Assembly (NCBI GenBank): GCA_050248855.1
Contig: JBFWRP010000004.1
Location: forward strand, 32,001-96,000
Origin: Planctomycetota bacterium
GTDB lineage: Bacteria; Planctomycetota; PLA2; JAEUHO01
Direction: 5' to 3'
DNA: 64,000 nucleotides
Shown here: positions 20,558 through 29,490 of the stretch, piece after piece
How the letters are laid out: every line of letters begins with the position of its first letter
How positions within the stretch are numbered: the stretch's first letter is position 1
Notes under the pieces: generated by a model
Seen by the model: only the letters and a program-made list of their open reading frames with translations
What the model was told of the DNA's origin: nothing
The model's database searches: none
Made by a program: the position numbers and the translations under genes

Positions 20558-21180
20558 CCCCGAGCCCTGGCGAGCCCCCGGCGCAGCCTCCGGAGGGCGG
20601 GCAGGGGCGGCAGCTGATGGAGCGCGTGCGCGACGGCGACCGCGATGCGTTCGCCGAGCTGTACCGACTCGAAGCCCCTCGCCTCTTCGGCGTGCTCCTC
20701 CATCTGTGCGGGACGCGCCAGCGCGCCGAGGACGCGTTGCAGGAGGTGTTCCTGAAGGCCTGGCGCGCCGCCCCCCGCTGGCGCCCCGACGCGCCCGTGG
20801 GCGCGTGGCTGCTCGCCATCGCTCGCCGCGCCAGCTGGAACGCCAGCGCGTTCCGCCGCCGGCGCCGCGCGCTCCGTCGCACGGGCCTGGCCGTCGACGT
20901 GCACGCGGCGGACCCCGAGGCCAGCCCGGCGCCGGACGCGCTCGCCCGGGCCGACGACGTGGCGGAGGTCCGGGCCGCCTTGGCCAGGCTGTCGCCGCCC
21001 CTGCGCTTCGTCTTCGTGCTCGTGAGGCTCCACGGCAGCTCGCTCGCCGAGGCGGCCGATGCCGCCGGGATCCCCGTGGGCACGGTGAAAAGCCGCTTGG
21101 CGGCCGCCGAGGCCAAGCTCCGCACGTGGATCGCAAGCAGCGACCGAACCTCCCCGCGTCACCGTGGTTCTCGGGGGTAG
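20554..21180 (+). CDS. ECF RNA polymerase sigma-70 factor
   Basis: GDRDAFAELY, AEDALQEVFLKAW, WLLAIAR and region 4 GIPVGTVKSRL. ATGA overlap with the upstream gene. Confidence 0.92.
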   Translation: MTPSPGEPPAQPPEGGQGRQLMERVRDGDRDAFAELYRLEAPRLFGVLLHLCGTRQRAEDALQEVFLKAWRAAPRWRPDAPVGAWLLAIARRASWNASAFRRRRRALRRTGLAVDVHAADPEASPAPDALARADDVAEVRAALARLSPPLRFVFVLVRLHGSSLAEAADAAGIPVGTVKSRLAAAEAKLRTWIASSDRTSPRHRGSRG

Positions 21181-21214
21181 AGGGCGGCGCCTCCGCCCCG
21201 AGGACCCGGCACGC

Positions 21215-22462
21215 ATGTCCAGTGGCTCCGATCGCTCCGATCCCGGCGCAGGCACGACGCCGACGCGCGCGGACCTGGTGGCGTTGGCCCTGGGTGCACT
21301 CGGCGAGCCCGAGGCGGGAGCCGTCCGCGCGGCCGTCTCCGCCTCCCCGGACCTGGTAGCCGAGCTCGATGCGATCACCCGGCACCTGCGCCGCTACGAC
21401 GCCCTCCCGCCGGCTCCGCCGCCTCCTCCCGTCGACGGACTTCTCGCCGCCCTGGACGGCCCGCGCCGCGCCCGGGCGCCCCGCCGCGAGCCGGCCTCCT
21501 GGCCGCGTCTCGCCGCGGCCGCGCTGCTCCTGCTCGCCGTGGGCCTGGTGTCGTGGCAGGCCTGGGACACCTCTCCCACGTCGGGTCCTGGGCTCGAGGC
21601 CGCGTGGGCAGGGTCCTGGATCCCCGAGGGGGTGGGCGGTGTGGTGTCGGCCGGCACGGCGGTGAGCCAGGTCCACGTCAGCTGGCCCGGCGACCCGGGG
21701 CGGCGCGCGCGCCTCGTCGCGGCCTACGACACGGCGATCGAGCTGGGAGATGGCGGCCGCGTGACCCTCGAGCGCGGGCGCCTGTGGGTCGAATCGCCGG
21801 CCGGCCCCTCGGCCGTGCCGCTGGTGATCCACACGCCGGTCGGCGACGTGCGCGTCGTCGGCACGCGCTTCGAGGTGGACGTGGACGCGGCCCGGACGCT
21901 GCGTGTGCGGGTCGATCGGGGCGTCGTCGAGGTGCAGCCGTCCAGCGGTCCCGGCGCGCGCGTCGAGGCGGGTCACGCGTGGAGCGTCGCAGGTGTGGAG
22001 GCCGCCGAGGCGGGTCTTCCGACGTGGCATCCCCGCCCCGCGGTCCTCCTGCGCGCCGCGCGCTGGACCGCCGAGGGCGCGCTGGACGTGGACGCCGAGC
22101 TCCGCGGCGACGTCGGCGCCGACGTCGAGCTGCCGCACCTGGGCGCCGCGACGGGCGCGCCGGCGTGGATCGAGTGGATCGACGCCGACGGGGAAGTCGA
22201 TCGCAGCGTCCCCTTGGAGCCGGACCACGTGGTCGCCGAGGGCGTCCTCCGGAGCCATGCCACGAGCGCGTCTCCCGACGTGGTCGCCCGCTGGCTCGCC
22301 GGTGAGGCAGGCGAGCTTCCCGCCGGCGAGGTCCGGCGCTTCACGTTGCGGTTCGCGGGGCCCCTGCCGTCGGGCTCCGCGTACCGTCTGAGGGCCCTGT
22401 TCCGCCCGTCCGGCGCAGCCCCCTGGCTGACGCCGGCGATCGACGTGGAGGCCCCCCGATGA
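21215..22462 (+). CDS. Anti-sigma factor with TM and FecR-like periplasmic domain
   Basis: Degenerate N-terminal anti-sigma helix (DLVALALGAL.EPEA.AV), TM (LAAAALLLLAVGLV) and FecR motifs LERGRLWV, HTPVGDVRVVGTRFEV, VRVDRGVVEV. Directly follows the ECF sigma gene. Confidence 0.85.
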   Translation: MSSGSDRSDPGAGTTPTRADLVALALGALGEPEAGAVRAAVSASPDLVAELDAITRHLRRYDALPPAPPPPPVDGLLAALDGPRRARAPRREPASWPRLAAAALLLLAVGLVSWQAWDTSPTSGPGLEAAWAGSWIPEGVGGVVSAGTAVSQVHVSWPGDPGRRARLVAAYDTAIELGDGGRVTLERGRLWVESPAGPSAVPLVIHTPVGDVRVVGTRFEVDVDAARTLRVRVDRGVVEVQPSSGPGARVEAGHAWSVAGVEAAEAGLPTWHPRPAVLLRAARWTAEGALDVDAELRGDVGADVELPHLGAATGAPAWIEWIDADGEVDRSVPLEPDHVVAEGVLRSHATSASPDVVARWLAGEAGELPAGEVRRFTLRFAGPLPSGSAYRLRALFRPSGAAPWLTPAIDVEAPR

Positions 22463-24993
22463 GCGCCCGCCCCGCCCACCTCGACGCCGTCCGCTCGCGG
22501 CTGGCCGGTCTGGGCCGCGCGCTGCGCGGACGTCTGCTGGCGGCCGGCGTGGGCCGTTTGCTGGGCGTGGCCGGCCTCCTGCTGGTGGGCTTCTTCGCCG
22601 CGGACCGCCTGCTCGACTTGCCGCTCGGCGTGCGCCGCTTCGTCCGCCTGGGCCTGCTCCAGCGACCGGACGGCATGGGGGTCGCGGTGTGGCTCGTGGC
22701 CCTCGCCGTGTGCAGCCTCTTCGCCCTGGGCCTCACGCGGGGGCGCCGCGGGCCGGCGTCGGTCTTCGCGTTCCTCGCCGGGGGCGTGGTCGGCGTCGTG
22801 GCTTGGCTGGCTTGGCGCGTGTTCCAGCCGCTGGGCGTCAAGCTCGGCGCGGACGACCTCGCGCAGGCCGTCGAACGGCGTCACCCGGAGCTGCACGACC
22901 GACTGGCCTCGGCGCTCGACTTCGAGCGCGAGCTGACCACGCCTACGCGCGGCGAGAGCCCGACGCTCATGGCGCACGTCGTCGACGAGGCCGAGACCCA
23001 GGCGCGGAGCCTGGACCTGTCCGGCACGTTCTCCGCGCAACCGCTGCGCCGCGGGTTGCTGGTCGGGGCCGCGGGCCTCGGTGCGTTGGGGCTCTGCGCG
23101 CTGCTATGGCCGTCGGACATGGGTCTGTTCCTGCGTCGGTCGCTGGCGCTCGAGGCCGTCGCCTGGCCGCGCTCCACGACGCTGATCGCCGTCGATCGGG
23201 ACGCGGACGGAACCCTCCGCGAACACGACCCCGCGGTTCCCTACGAGGTGGCCGTCGGTCGTCCCCTCACGATCTACGCGCGGGCCCTCGGCAGCGTGCC
23301 GGACGACGTGCTCCTGCTCGACCGCACGGAGGGAGGCGAGCCCTTGGCGCGGCGCATGTTCCGCGTTCCCGAGAACGAGGATCTGTTCGCCTTCGAGATG
23401 CGCGACGTGCGCCGCGCGTTCGAGTTCGTGCTGCGCGGCGGGGATGACGAAGACGACGAGCCCGTCTGGCGCGTCGCGATCACCGTGGCGCCGCGGCTGC
23501 TCGACGTGCGGACGCGCGTCACGCCGCCCGCCTACCTCGGCAAGGCCCCCACCACGCTCGACGACGGCAATGTGCGCGTCCCCGAGGGGTCCACGCTCGA
23601 CATCACGTTCCGCACGGACACGCCCGCCGTGGAAGCCTACGCGCTCGTCGACGAGATCCGCATCGAGGCCACGCCGGTGGACGAGGTCGAGGGCGCCCCT
23701 GGCGGGACGGTGTTCCGCTTCCCGCTGCAGGCCGACACGTCCACGTCCTACCGGATCGCGTTCCGCACGGCCGAAGGGCGTCGCAACGACGCGTCCAGTG
23801 CGACCTGGCGGGTCACGGTGGTGCCCGACCGCGCGCCGCGCATGGGATGGATCTGGCCGCGTGGCGTCGTGGACACGACGGCGCGGGGCCGCGTCTCGCT
23901 CTTGGTCGAAGCCGAGGACGACCACGCGGTGGCCGAGATCGCGCTCGACGTGCGCGTGGGCGACGCCATCTTGGCGTCGGTCCCGCTCGAGCCCTACGCA
24001 CCGCGCGGCGCCGACGACGAGCAGCCGGCCATCGACCCCCTGGCGCTCGACGGCCGCCTCGGCCGCGACGTGGTCCGCGCCTACGTGCCCCTGGACCTGG
24101 CTCCGCTCATGGAGGGCATGGAGGGGCTCGGCAGCGAGGCCCCGCGCATCAGCGTGCGCTTCGTCGCCCGGGACGCGCGCGACCAGGTCCGCGAAGGCGA
24201 GTGGACTCCGATCGACGTGTTCGGGGAGGCCGCCGTCGAACGCAGCATCGCCGGCCGCCGCAGCAGCGTGCGAGCCGCGTTCCTCGGCGCGCGCCGCGAC
24301 CAGCTGGCCCGACGCGAGGAAGTCGCAGCCTTGCTGCAGGGCGCCATCGGCGCTTCCGAGAAGGACGAGCTGCGCAGCATCCGCTTCCGCCAAGGGCGGA
24401 TTGCCCAGGACATCGATCGCGCCACGCAGGACATGATTGCCGTCCTGACCACGTACGTATTTGCCCGTCTGGGCGGCGCCCAGCAGCCGATGGACAGGAT
24501 CCTGGCGCTGATCGACCAGCACCATCGCGCCACGTACGGCCGCGCGAGCGTGGTCGGCGAAGGCACGTGGGCCGGTGACCCGGTGTTCCCGTACGCGCTC
24601 ATGGAGCGCATCGTGGCCGGTTGGCGGGCTCGCGAGATCTTCGACAACGGCGTGCTCGACCGCATGCTCGCGGTGCTGGCCGATGCGGTGGAGCTCGCGG
24701 CCCGCGTGGCGCCTGCGGCGCATCGCGCATCCGGTGCCGCTGCCGAGGGAGAGCGCGCGGCGATCGAGACGCTGGCCGCGCGCCAAGACGAAGTCCTGGC
24801 CTTGCTCGAGCGGCTCGACCGCGCGCTGGTGGGCTGGCAGAGCCTGGCCGAGCTGACCGAGGAGGTCCGCTCCGCCGCCCAGGAGCAGGAGGCCTTCGTG
24901 CGCCTGCTCGAGGAAATGGAAGCAGCCCGTCGTGCTGCCGGTGCATCGGATGACGGTGCTTCCGGAGCCGCAGGGCCTGGAGACGACCGATGA
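22459..24993 (+). CDS. Polytopic membrane protein with periplasmic Ig-like and helical region (DUF4175-like)
   Basis: Several N-terminal TMs, VERRHPELHDRLASALDF, VTPPAYLG, VPEGSTL, VVPDRAP and EAEDDHAV. ATGA overlap. Confidence 0.7.
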   Translation: MSARPAHLDAVRSRLAGLGRALRGRLLAAGVGRLLGVAGLLLVGFFAADRLLDLPLGVRRFVRLGLLQRPDGMGVAVWLVALAVCSLFALGLTRGRRGPASVFAFLAGGVVGVVAWLAWRVFQPLGVKLGADDLAQAVERRHPELHDRLASALDFERELTTPTRGESPTLMAHVVDEAETQARSLDLSGTFSAQPLRRGLLVGAAGLGALGLCALLWPSDMGLFLRRSLALEAVAWPRSTTLIAVDRDADGTLREHDPAVPYEVAVGRPLTIYARALGSVPDDVLLLDRTEGGEPLARRMFRVPENEDLFAFEMRDVRRAFEFVLRGGDDEDDEPVWRVAITVAPRLLDVRTRVTPPAYLGKAPTTLDDGNVRVPEGSTLDITFRTDTPAVEAYALVDEIRIEATPVDEVEGAPGGTVFRFPLQADTSTSYRIAFRTAEGRRNDASSATWRVTVVPDRAPRMGWIWPRGVVDTTARGRVSLLVEAEDDHAVAEIALDVRVGDAILASVPLEPYAPRGADDEQPAIDPLALDGRLGRDVVRAYVPLDLAPLMEGMEGLGSEAPRISVRFVARDARDQVREGEWTPIDVFGEAAVERSIAGRRSSVRAAFLGARRDQLARREEVAALLQGAIGASEKDELRSIRFRQGRIAQDIDRATQDMIAVLTTYVFARLGGAQQPMDRILALIDQHHRATYGRASVVGEGTWAGDPVFPYALMERIVAGWRAREIFDNGVLDRMLAVLADAVELAARVAPAAHRASGAAAEGERAAIETLAARQDEVLALLERLDRALVGWQSLAELTEEVRSAAQEQEAFVRLLEEMEAARRAAGASDDGASGAAGPGDDR

Positions 24994-27900
24994 GCCGATC
25001 CCGCACCGAGCAGCGTGTGTCCAGCTTCCGCCGTGCGCTTCGGTGGGCCGGGTGCCTGCTGGTGCTCGCGCCCGTGCTCGTCGTCGTGCCGGGTGCCGCG
25101 CGCGCGGAGGACGAGCCGCAGGCCGAGCGCAGCCTACGGGACCTCGATCGTGCCATCGGCCAGCAGGAGGACGTGCAGGGGAAGATCCAGCAGCTCGAGC
25201 TGAACATGGGCGCCCTCGCCCAGGAGCTGCGCCGCACGGGCTTCGACTACGAGGCCCAGCTCGTCGAGCACGCCATCGAGCACGTGAGCGTCTCCGGCCT
25301 GCGTGGCGTCATGGGCACGGTGCTGGACCGCATGCGCAAGGACCTCGAGGCCGCGCAGGCCCGCGCGCGCGAGGCCGCTGCCGCAGGACGCAACGAGCCG
25401 CCCCGCTCCCTCGTCTCGCACGAGGCCATCGCCGGAGCCCGCAGCGTGTTGGAGCAGCTGCAACAGCTGCTCGCGATTCTCGAAGACCGCGACCGCACGC
25501 AGACGCGGGAGGAGATCGACCGGCGCCGGGAAGCCGCTCGCCAAGCCAAGGAAGACGCGGCGCGCTTGGCCCAGGAGCAGCAGCGCATCACGGAGCAGCT
25601 GCGCGACTTGGATGTCGCGAGCCAGAGCGAATCCGCGAAGTCGGCGGCCGAGCTGCAGCAGGCCGTGCGCGAGCTGCGTGACGAGCTGGCCAAGCTCGAC
25701 GCCGAGGCCGAGGCGGCGGCCGAGGACCGCGAGTCCCTCGAAGCGACGCTCGACACGCTGCGCGACGAGCAAGCGGCAGCCCTCGAGCGCACGCGCGCCG
25801 AGCGGGAAGCCCAAGCCGCTTCGACCGATCGCGAGCGGGCAGAGGCCCAAGCGCGCGCCGCGCAGGCCGCCAAGGAGCTCGCGGCCGCCGAGCGCGCCGC
25901 CGCGGAGGCCAGCCGCCGCGAGGCCCTGGCCCAGGAGCTGGGCCAGCAGGCCCGTGCCATGGCCGAACGTGCACGGGAGCTGGCAGCCGATGCGTCTGCA
26001 CGGGCCGCGGAGTCCGCCGCCGAGGAGCTGGGTCGCCGTGCCCAGGCCGCCGCGGAGAAGCTGCGTTCGGACTCCGCCGAGGAGCGCGCGACGGGCGCCG
26101 GAGAAGCGGCCGCTGTGGCCGAGGAGGCACGAGCGACCGCAGGGAGCCCCGAAGGGACCGATGCCCCGGGGTCGGCGGCACGGGAAGCCCTCGAGCGCTT
26201 GGCCGAGGCCGCGAAGCAGGCCGCGACGGCGGCGGGCGACGGAGACGCCGACGCCCGCGCGGAGGCCGCCGCGGCGCTCGAGCAAGCGGCCAAGGACAGC
26301 CGCGCCGCGGCCGCGACCAGCGCAGGCGAGCGCGGCGCGCAAGCACCGGGCGGCGAGCGCGCCAGCGACGCCCAGGAAGCGCGGGGCTTGAGCGCGGCGG
26401 CGCAGAGCGCCAAGAGTGCGCTCGACGCGATGAAGCAGGCCGCCTCCGGCGCCAGCGCCGGTTCCGACCACCTGCCGCAGGGCGCCGAGGAGGCCTCGGC
26501 CGCCTTCGACCGGGCCGCCGGTGCCCTGGGCGAGGCTGCCCGCGAGGCCGGGGCGGCCGAGGGCTCGGCAGGAGACCGCGCAACGGCCGACGCGGCAGCA
26601 CGTGCCGCAGGTGCACTCGCCGAGGCCGCGCAGTCCCTCGGGGCCAGTGCTGGCCAGGGCTCGCAGGGCAGTCAGGGTTCGCAGGGCAGCGAGGGCGCCC
26701 AGCCGCAGGGTGCCTCCGACGCGCAGCGCGCGGCCGAGGAGCGGGCGCGCGCCGAGCAGGCGTCCGCGCTGGCCGAGGACTTGGCCCAGCAGGCCGAAGC
26801 CGCCGCCGCGGAGGCAGGCGCGACCAGCGACGAGGGGCGGCGCGCCGAGCGGGCCGCCGCTGCAGCGCGCGAGGCCCGCGCCGGCATGGCCGCGGCCGCG
26901 GAGAAGCTCGCCGCGGGCGACGACGCGGGTGCCGCGCAGGACCAGACCGCCGCTGCGGAAGCGCTCGAAGCGGCCGCCGGGCAGTCGGGGGCCGCTGGCA
27001 GCCAGGGCGCCCTTGCCCGCGAGCAGCAGGACCTGGCGCGCTCGCTCGAGCAGCTGGCCGGCAGCTCGCCGCAGGGTGCGAGCGAGGCGGCCGAGGCCAT
27101 GCGCCAAGCCGCCGAACAGCTGGCCGACGGTGATCTGGCGGACGCCGAGGCGCGCCAGGCCGAGGCCCTCGAGCGCCTCGACCAGGCTCGCGAGGCGCTC
27201 CGCGAAGAGCGCCTTGCCCTCGAGCGGGAGCGCGCGGCCAAGGAGAAGGCTCTCGCCGAAGAGCAGCTGCGCTTGGCCAAGGAAGCCGAGGAGATCGCCG
27301 AACAGGCGCGCGACCTGCGGGCCCAGGAAGCGCAAGCCCAGTCCGGTGCCGAGGCTGCCGCGGCCGCCATGCAGCAGGCAGCGTCGGCGATGCAGGAGGC
27401 GTCGCGCCAACAGGCGGGCGGCCAGTCGTCGTCCGCAAGCTCCTCGCGCCAGACGGCCGACGCGGCCATGAAGCGCGCCGAAGAGGCTCTTGCACGGGCC
27501 GCCGAAGAGCGCCTGGACATGGACGAAGCCAGCCAGCAGGCCATGAAGGACCTGCTCGACGAGCAGCGGAAGCTGGAGGAGCAGCTCAAGGAGCTGCGTG
27601 ACCGCTTGGCCGAAGACGAGGCCTCCGAGGGGGCGCAGGACGCGGCAAGCAAGGCACAGTCCTCCATGCAGCGAACCCAGGACCAGATGCAGTCAGGGGG
27701 TTCGCCGCAGGGCGCCTCGGAGCAGTCGGAGGATGCCGAGCGCTACCTCGAACAGCTGCAGGACGAGCTGGAGGAGGAAGAGCGTCGCTACGAGTCGCTG
27801 CAGCAGCAGGAGCTGCTCTACCAGCTGGTTCGCGACCTCGAGCAGCTCAAGATCGACCAAGGCGCCATCCGCGCACGCACGCTGGAGCTGGCCGAAGACG

Positions 27901-28532
27901 TCGCTCGCACGGGACGACCCAACCGTGCCACGCGTCGCAAGATGAAGCAGCTCGGCGAGGACGAGCGCAAGCTCGCGGCCGACCTGCACAAGCGGTTGAT
28001 CGCCGTGCAGGAAGAGAACTCGACGGCCTTCGCCGCTGCGATGGAGGAGGTGCACCTCGACATGGGCGAGGTGGCCGCACTCTTCGACGACCAGGACGTG
28101 GGCCCGGTCAACATCGGGCTGCAGGACGGGATCCTGCGGCGCGTGGACGACCTGATCGGCGGCTTCAAGGACGTCATCGAGCAGAAGTCGCAAGGCGGGC
28201 AATCGCCTCCGTCGTCGGGCGGCGGACAGCCGCCCCTCGTCCCGCCCATCGTCGAGCTCAAGCTGATGCGACGCTTGCAGATGGACTTGAACCAGCGCAT
28301 GCGCGGGTTCCTGCGCCGCCATGCCGACGAGCTGGCCAAGGGCGAGGTCGACCCCGCCGTCCGGCAGCGCCTGGAGCGCTTGGCGCACCAGCAGGGACGG
28401 CTCAAGGCCGAGATGCAGCGGCTGATCGACAGCACGCTGGGCGACGGCGACCCCGACGCCCCCGCTGCCGGCGGCGACGGCGACGACGGCGGGGACCCGG
28501 AGGGAGCCGCTGGCGGCTCCGAGGACAGGTAG
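24990..28532 (+). CDS. Large exported Ala/Glu/Gln-rich coiled-coil protein (DUF4175-like)
   Basis: Signal peptide ending AARA-ED, about 1100 aa of heptad/low-complexity helix, and a C-terminal PLVPPIVELKLMRRLQ.DLN.R motif. ATGA overlap. Confidence 0.75.
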   Translation: MSRSRTEQRVSSFRRALRWAGCLLVLAPVLVVVPGAARAEDEPQAERSLRDLDRAIGQQEDVQGKIQQLELNMGALAQELRRTGFDYEAQLVEHAIEHVSVSGLRGVMGTVLDRMRKDLEAAQARAREAAAAGRNEPPRSLVSHEAIAGARSVLEQLQQLLAILEDRDRTQTREEIDRRREAARQAKEDAARLAQEQQRITEQLRDLDVASQSESAKSAAELQQAVRELRDELAKLDAEAEAAAEDRESLEATLDTLRDEQAAALERTRAEREAQAASTDRERAEAQARAAQAAKELAAAERAAAEASRREALAQELGQQARAMAERARELAADASARAAESAAEELGRRAQAAAEKLRSDSAEERATGAGEAAAVAEEARATAGSPEGTDAPGSAAREALERLAEAAKQAATAAGDGDADARAEAAAALEQAAKDSRAAAATSAGERGAQAPGGERASDAQEARGLSAAAQSAKSALDAMKQAASGASAGSDHLPQGAEEASAAFDRAAGALGEAAREAGAAEGSAGDRATADAAARAAGALAEAAQSLGASAGQGSQGSQGSQGSEGAQPQGASDAQRAAEERARAEQASALAEDLAQQAEAAAAEAGATSDEGRRAERAAAAAREARAGMAAAAEKLAAGDDAGAAQDQTAAAEALEAAAGQSGAAGSQGALAREQQDLARSLEQLAGSSPQGASEAAEAMRQAAEQLADGDLADAEARQAEALERLDQAREALREERLALERERAAKEKALAEEQLRLAKEAEEIAEQARDLRAQEAQAQSGAEAAAAAMQQAASAMQEASRQQAGGQSSSASSSRQTADAAMKRAEEALARAAEERLDMDEASQQAMKDLLDEQRKLEEQLKELRDRLAEDEASEGAQDAASKAQSSMQRTQDQMQSGGSPQGASEQSEDAERYLEQLQDELEEEERRYESLQQQELLYQLVRDLEQLKIDQGAIRARTLELAEDVARTGRPNRATRRKMKQLGEDERKLAADLHKRLIAVQEENSTAFAAAMEEVHLDMGEVAALFDDQDVGPVNIGLQDGILRRVDDLIGGFKDVIEQKSQGGQSPPSSGGGQPPLVPPIVELKLMRRLQMDLNQRMRGFLRRHADELAKGEVDPAVRQRLERLAHQQGRLKAEMQRLIDSTLGDGDPDAPAAGGDGDDGGDPEGAAGGSEDR

Positions 28533-28587
28533 GATGGAGAGGGTCGGTTGCCCCCGCACCGGGCCCTGCTCCCGTCAGGAGACCACC

Positions 28588-29490
28588 ATGATCGATACGA
28601 CGTTCCTGCGACCCAGGCCCAGGGGGATCACCCGGCTTGGACCTCTCGCGTTGGGGCTGGCCGCCTTGGCGTTCGCAGTCCTGGGCACCGCGGGCGCCGC
28701 GCGTGCCGAGGACGGGCCGGGCTCGGACCTCGAGGAGCAGATCCGCAAGCAGATGCAGCACATCCGCGAGCTGATGGAGGCCAACGAGCGCGCGCTCTTC
28801 GAGCTCAGCACGGGCAAGGACGCCAAGCCGAAGGAGGTCGACGTCACGCTGCCTCCGCCGGACGGCAGCTCGGGGGGCGCAGGCGGCTCGGGCGGCAGCG
28901 CCGGTGGCAGTGGCGGTGAAGGAGCCTCCGGCGGCGCCGGCGGTACCGCCGGCGGCGGGGGCGAGGGTGCCGCGAAGGAGATCGAGCGGCTCCTCGAGGA
29001 CCTCGAGAAGGCCTCGGAGGGCTCGGGCGGCGGCATGATCCCCGACGAGCTCAAGCGCCTCGTCGAGATGATCCCCACCTGAAGCTCCTGCGGCGGCCAG
29101 TTTGGTTCGCCCCCGCAGCAGGAGTCCGGCAAGCAGAACGGCCAGCAGCAGGACAGCCAGGAGATGCGCGACGGGCGTCGGCCCGATGACATGCGCTCCG
29201 GCCAGCAGCCCGACGGGCAGCGCCCCGACGGCACGAAGGACGAGCCCGAGGGCGGCAACCCGCAGAACCACGAGCAGCCCGACCGCACCGGTCGACGCGA
29301 TCCCGACGGCGGGACCCCGCCGCCCGAGCGCGACGGCGAGGCGTGGCGTGTCCGTCTGCCGGCCGAGCTCCGTGATGCCGCGGCCAACGGGCAGTGGGAC
29401 CGCGTTCCGCCCCGCTATCGCGACCTCGTCGAGCGCTACTACCGCTGGCTGCAAGAGCAGCGCGCGACCGAGGGCAGCGGCGGCCGCTGA
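28588..29490 (+). CDS. Candidate exported selenoprotein, 300 aa, with in-frame TGA (Sec165) in a UxxC motif; appears as two ORFs in the track
   Basis: AGGAG RBS before ATG 28588, and a signal peptide. TGA 29080-29082 is followed in frame by SSCGGQFG..., continuing without a stop into ORF 29164-29490. The final TGA overlaps the next gene's ATG (TGATG). Hairpin immediately 3' of the internal TGA. Confidence 0.75.
29083..29124 (+). promoter_or_regulatory. Putative bacterial SECIS element
   Basis: AGCTCCTGCGGCGGCCAGTTTGGTTCGCCCCCGCAGCAGGAG. Lower stem CTGCGG/CCGCAG (or CTCCTGC/GCAGGAG); upper stem CGGCCA/TGGTTCG with a bulged U; small apical loop containing G29100, 17 nt after the TGA. Paired by eye. 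Confidence 0.6.

Noticed and set aside
29164..29490. Independent 108-aa gene
   Set aside because: No properly spaced SD, and coding-like codons continue upstream to the TGA. Better explained as the C-terminal part of the read-through protein, although a nonsense mutation cannot be excluded from sequence alone.
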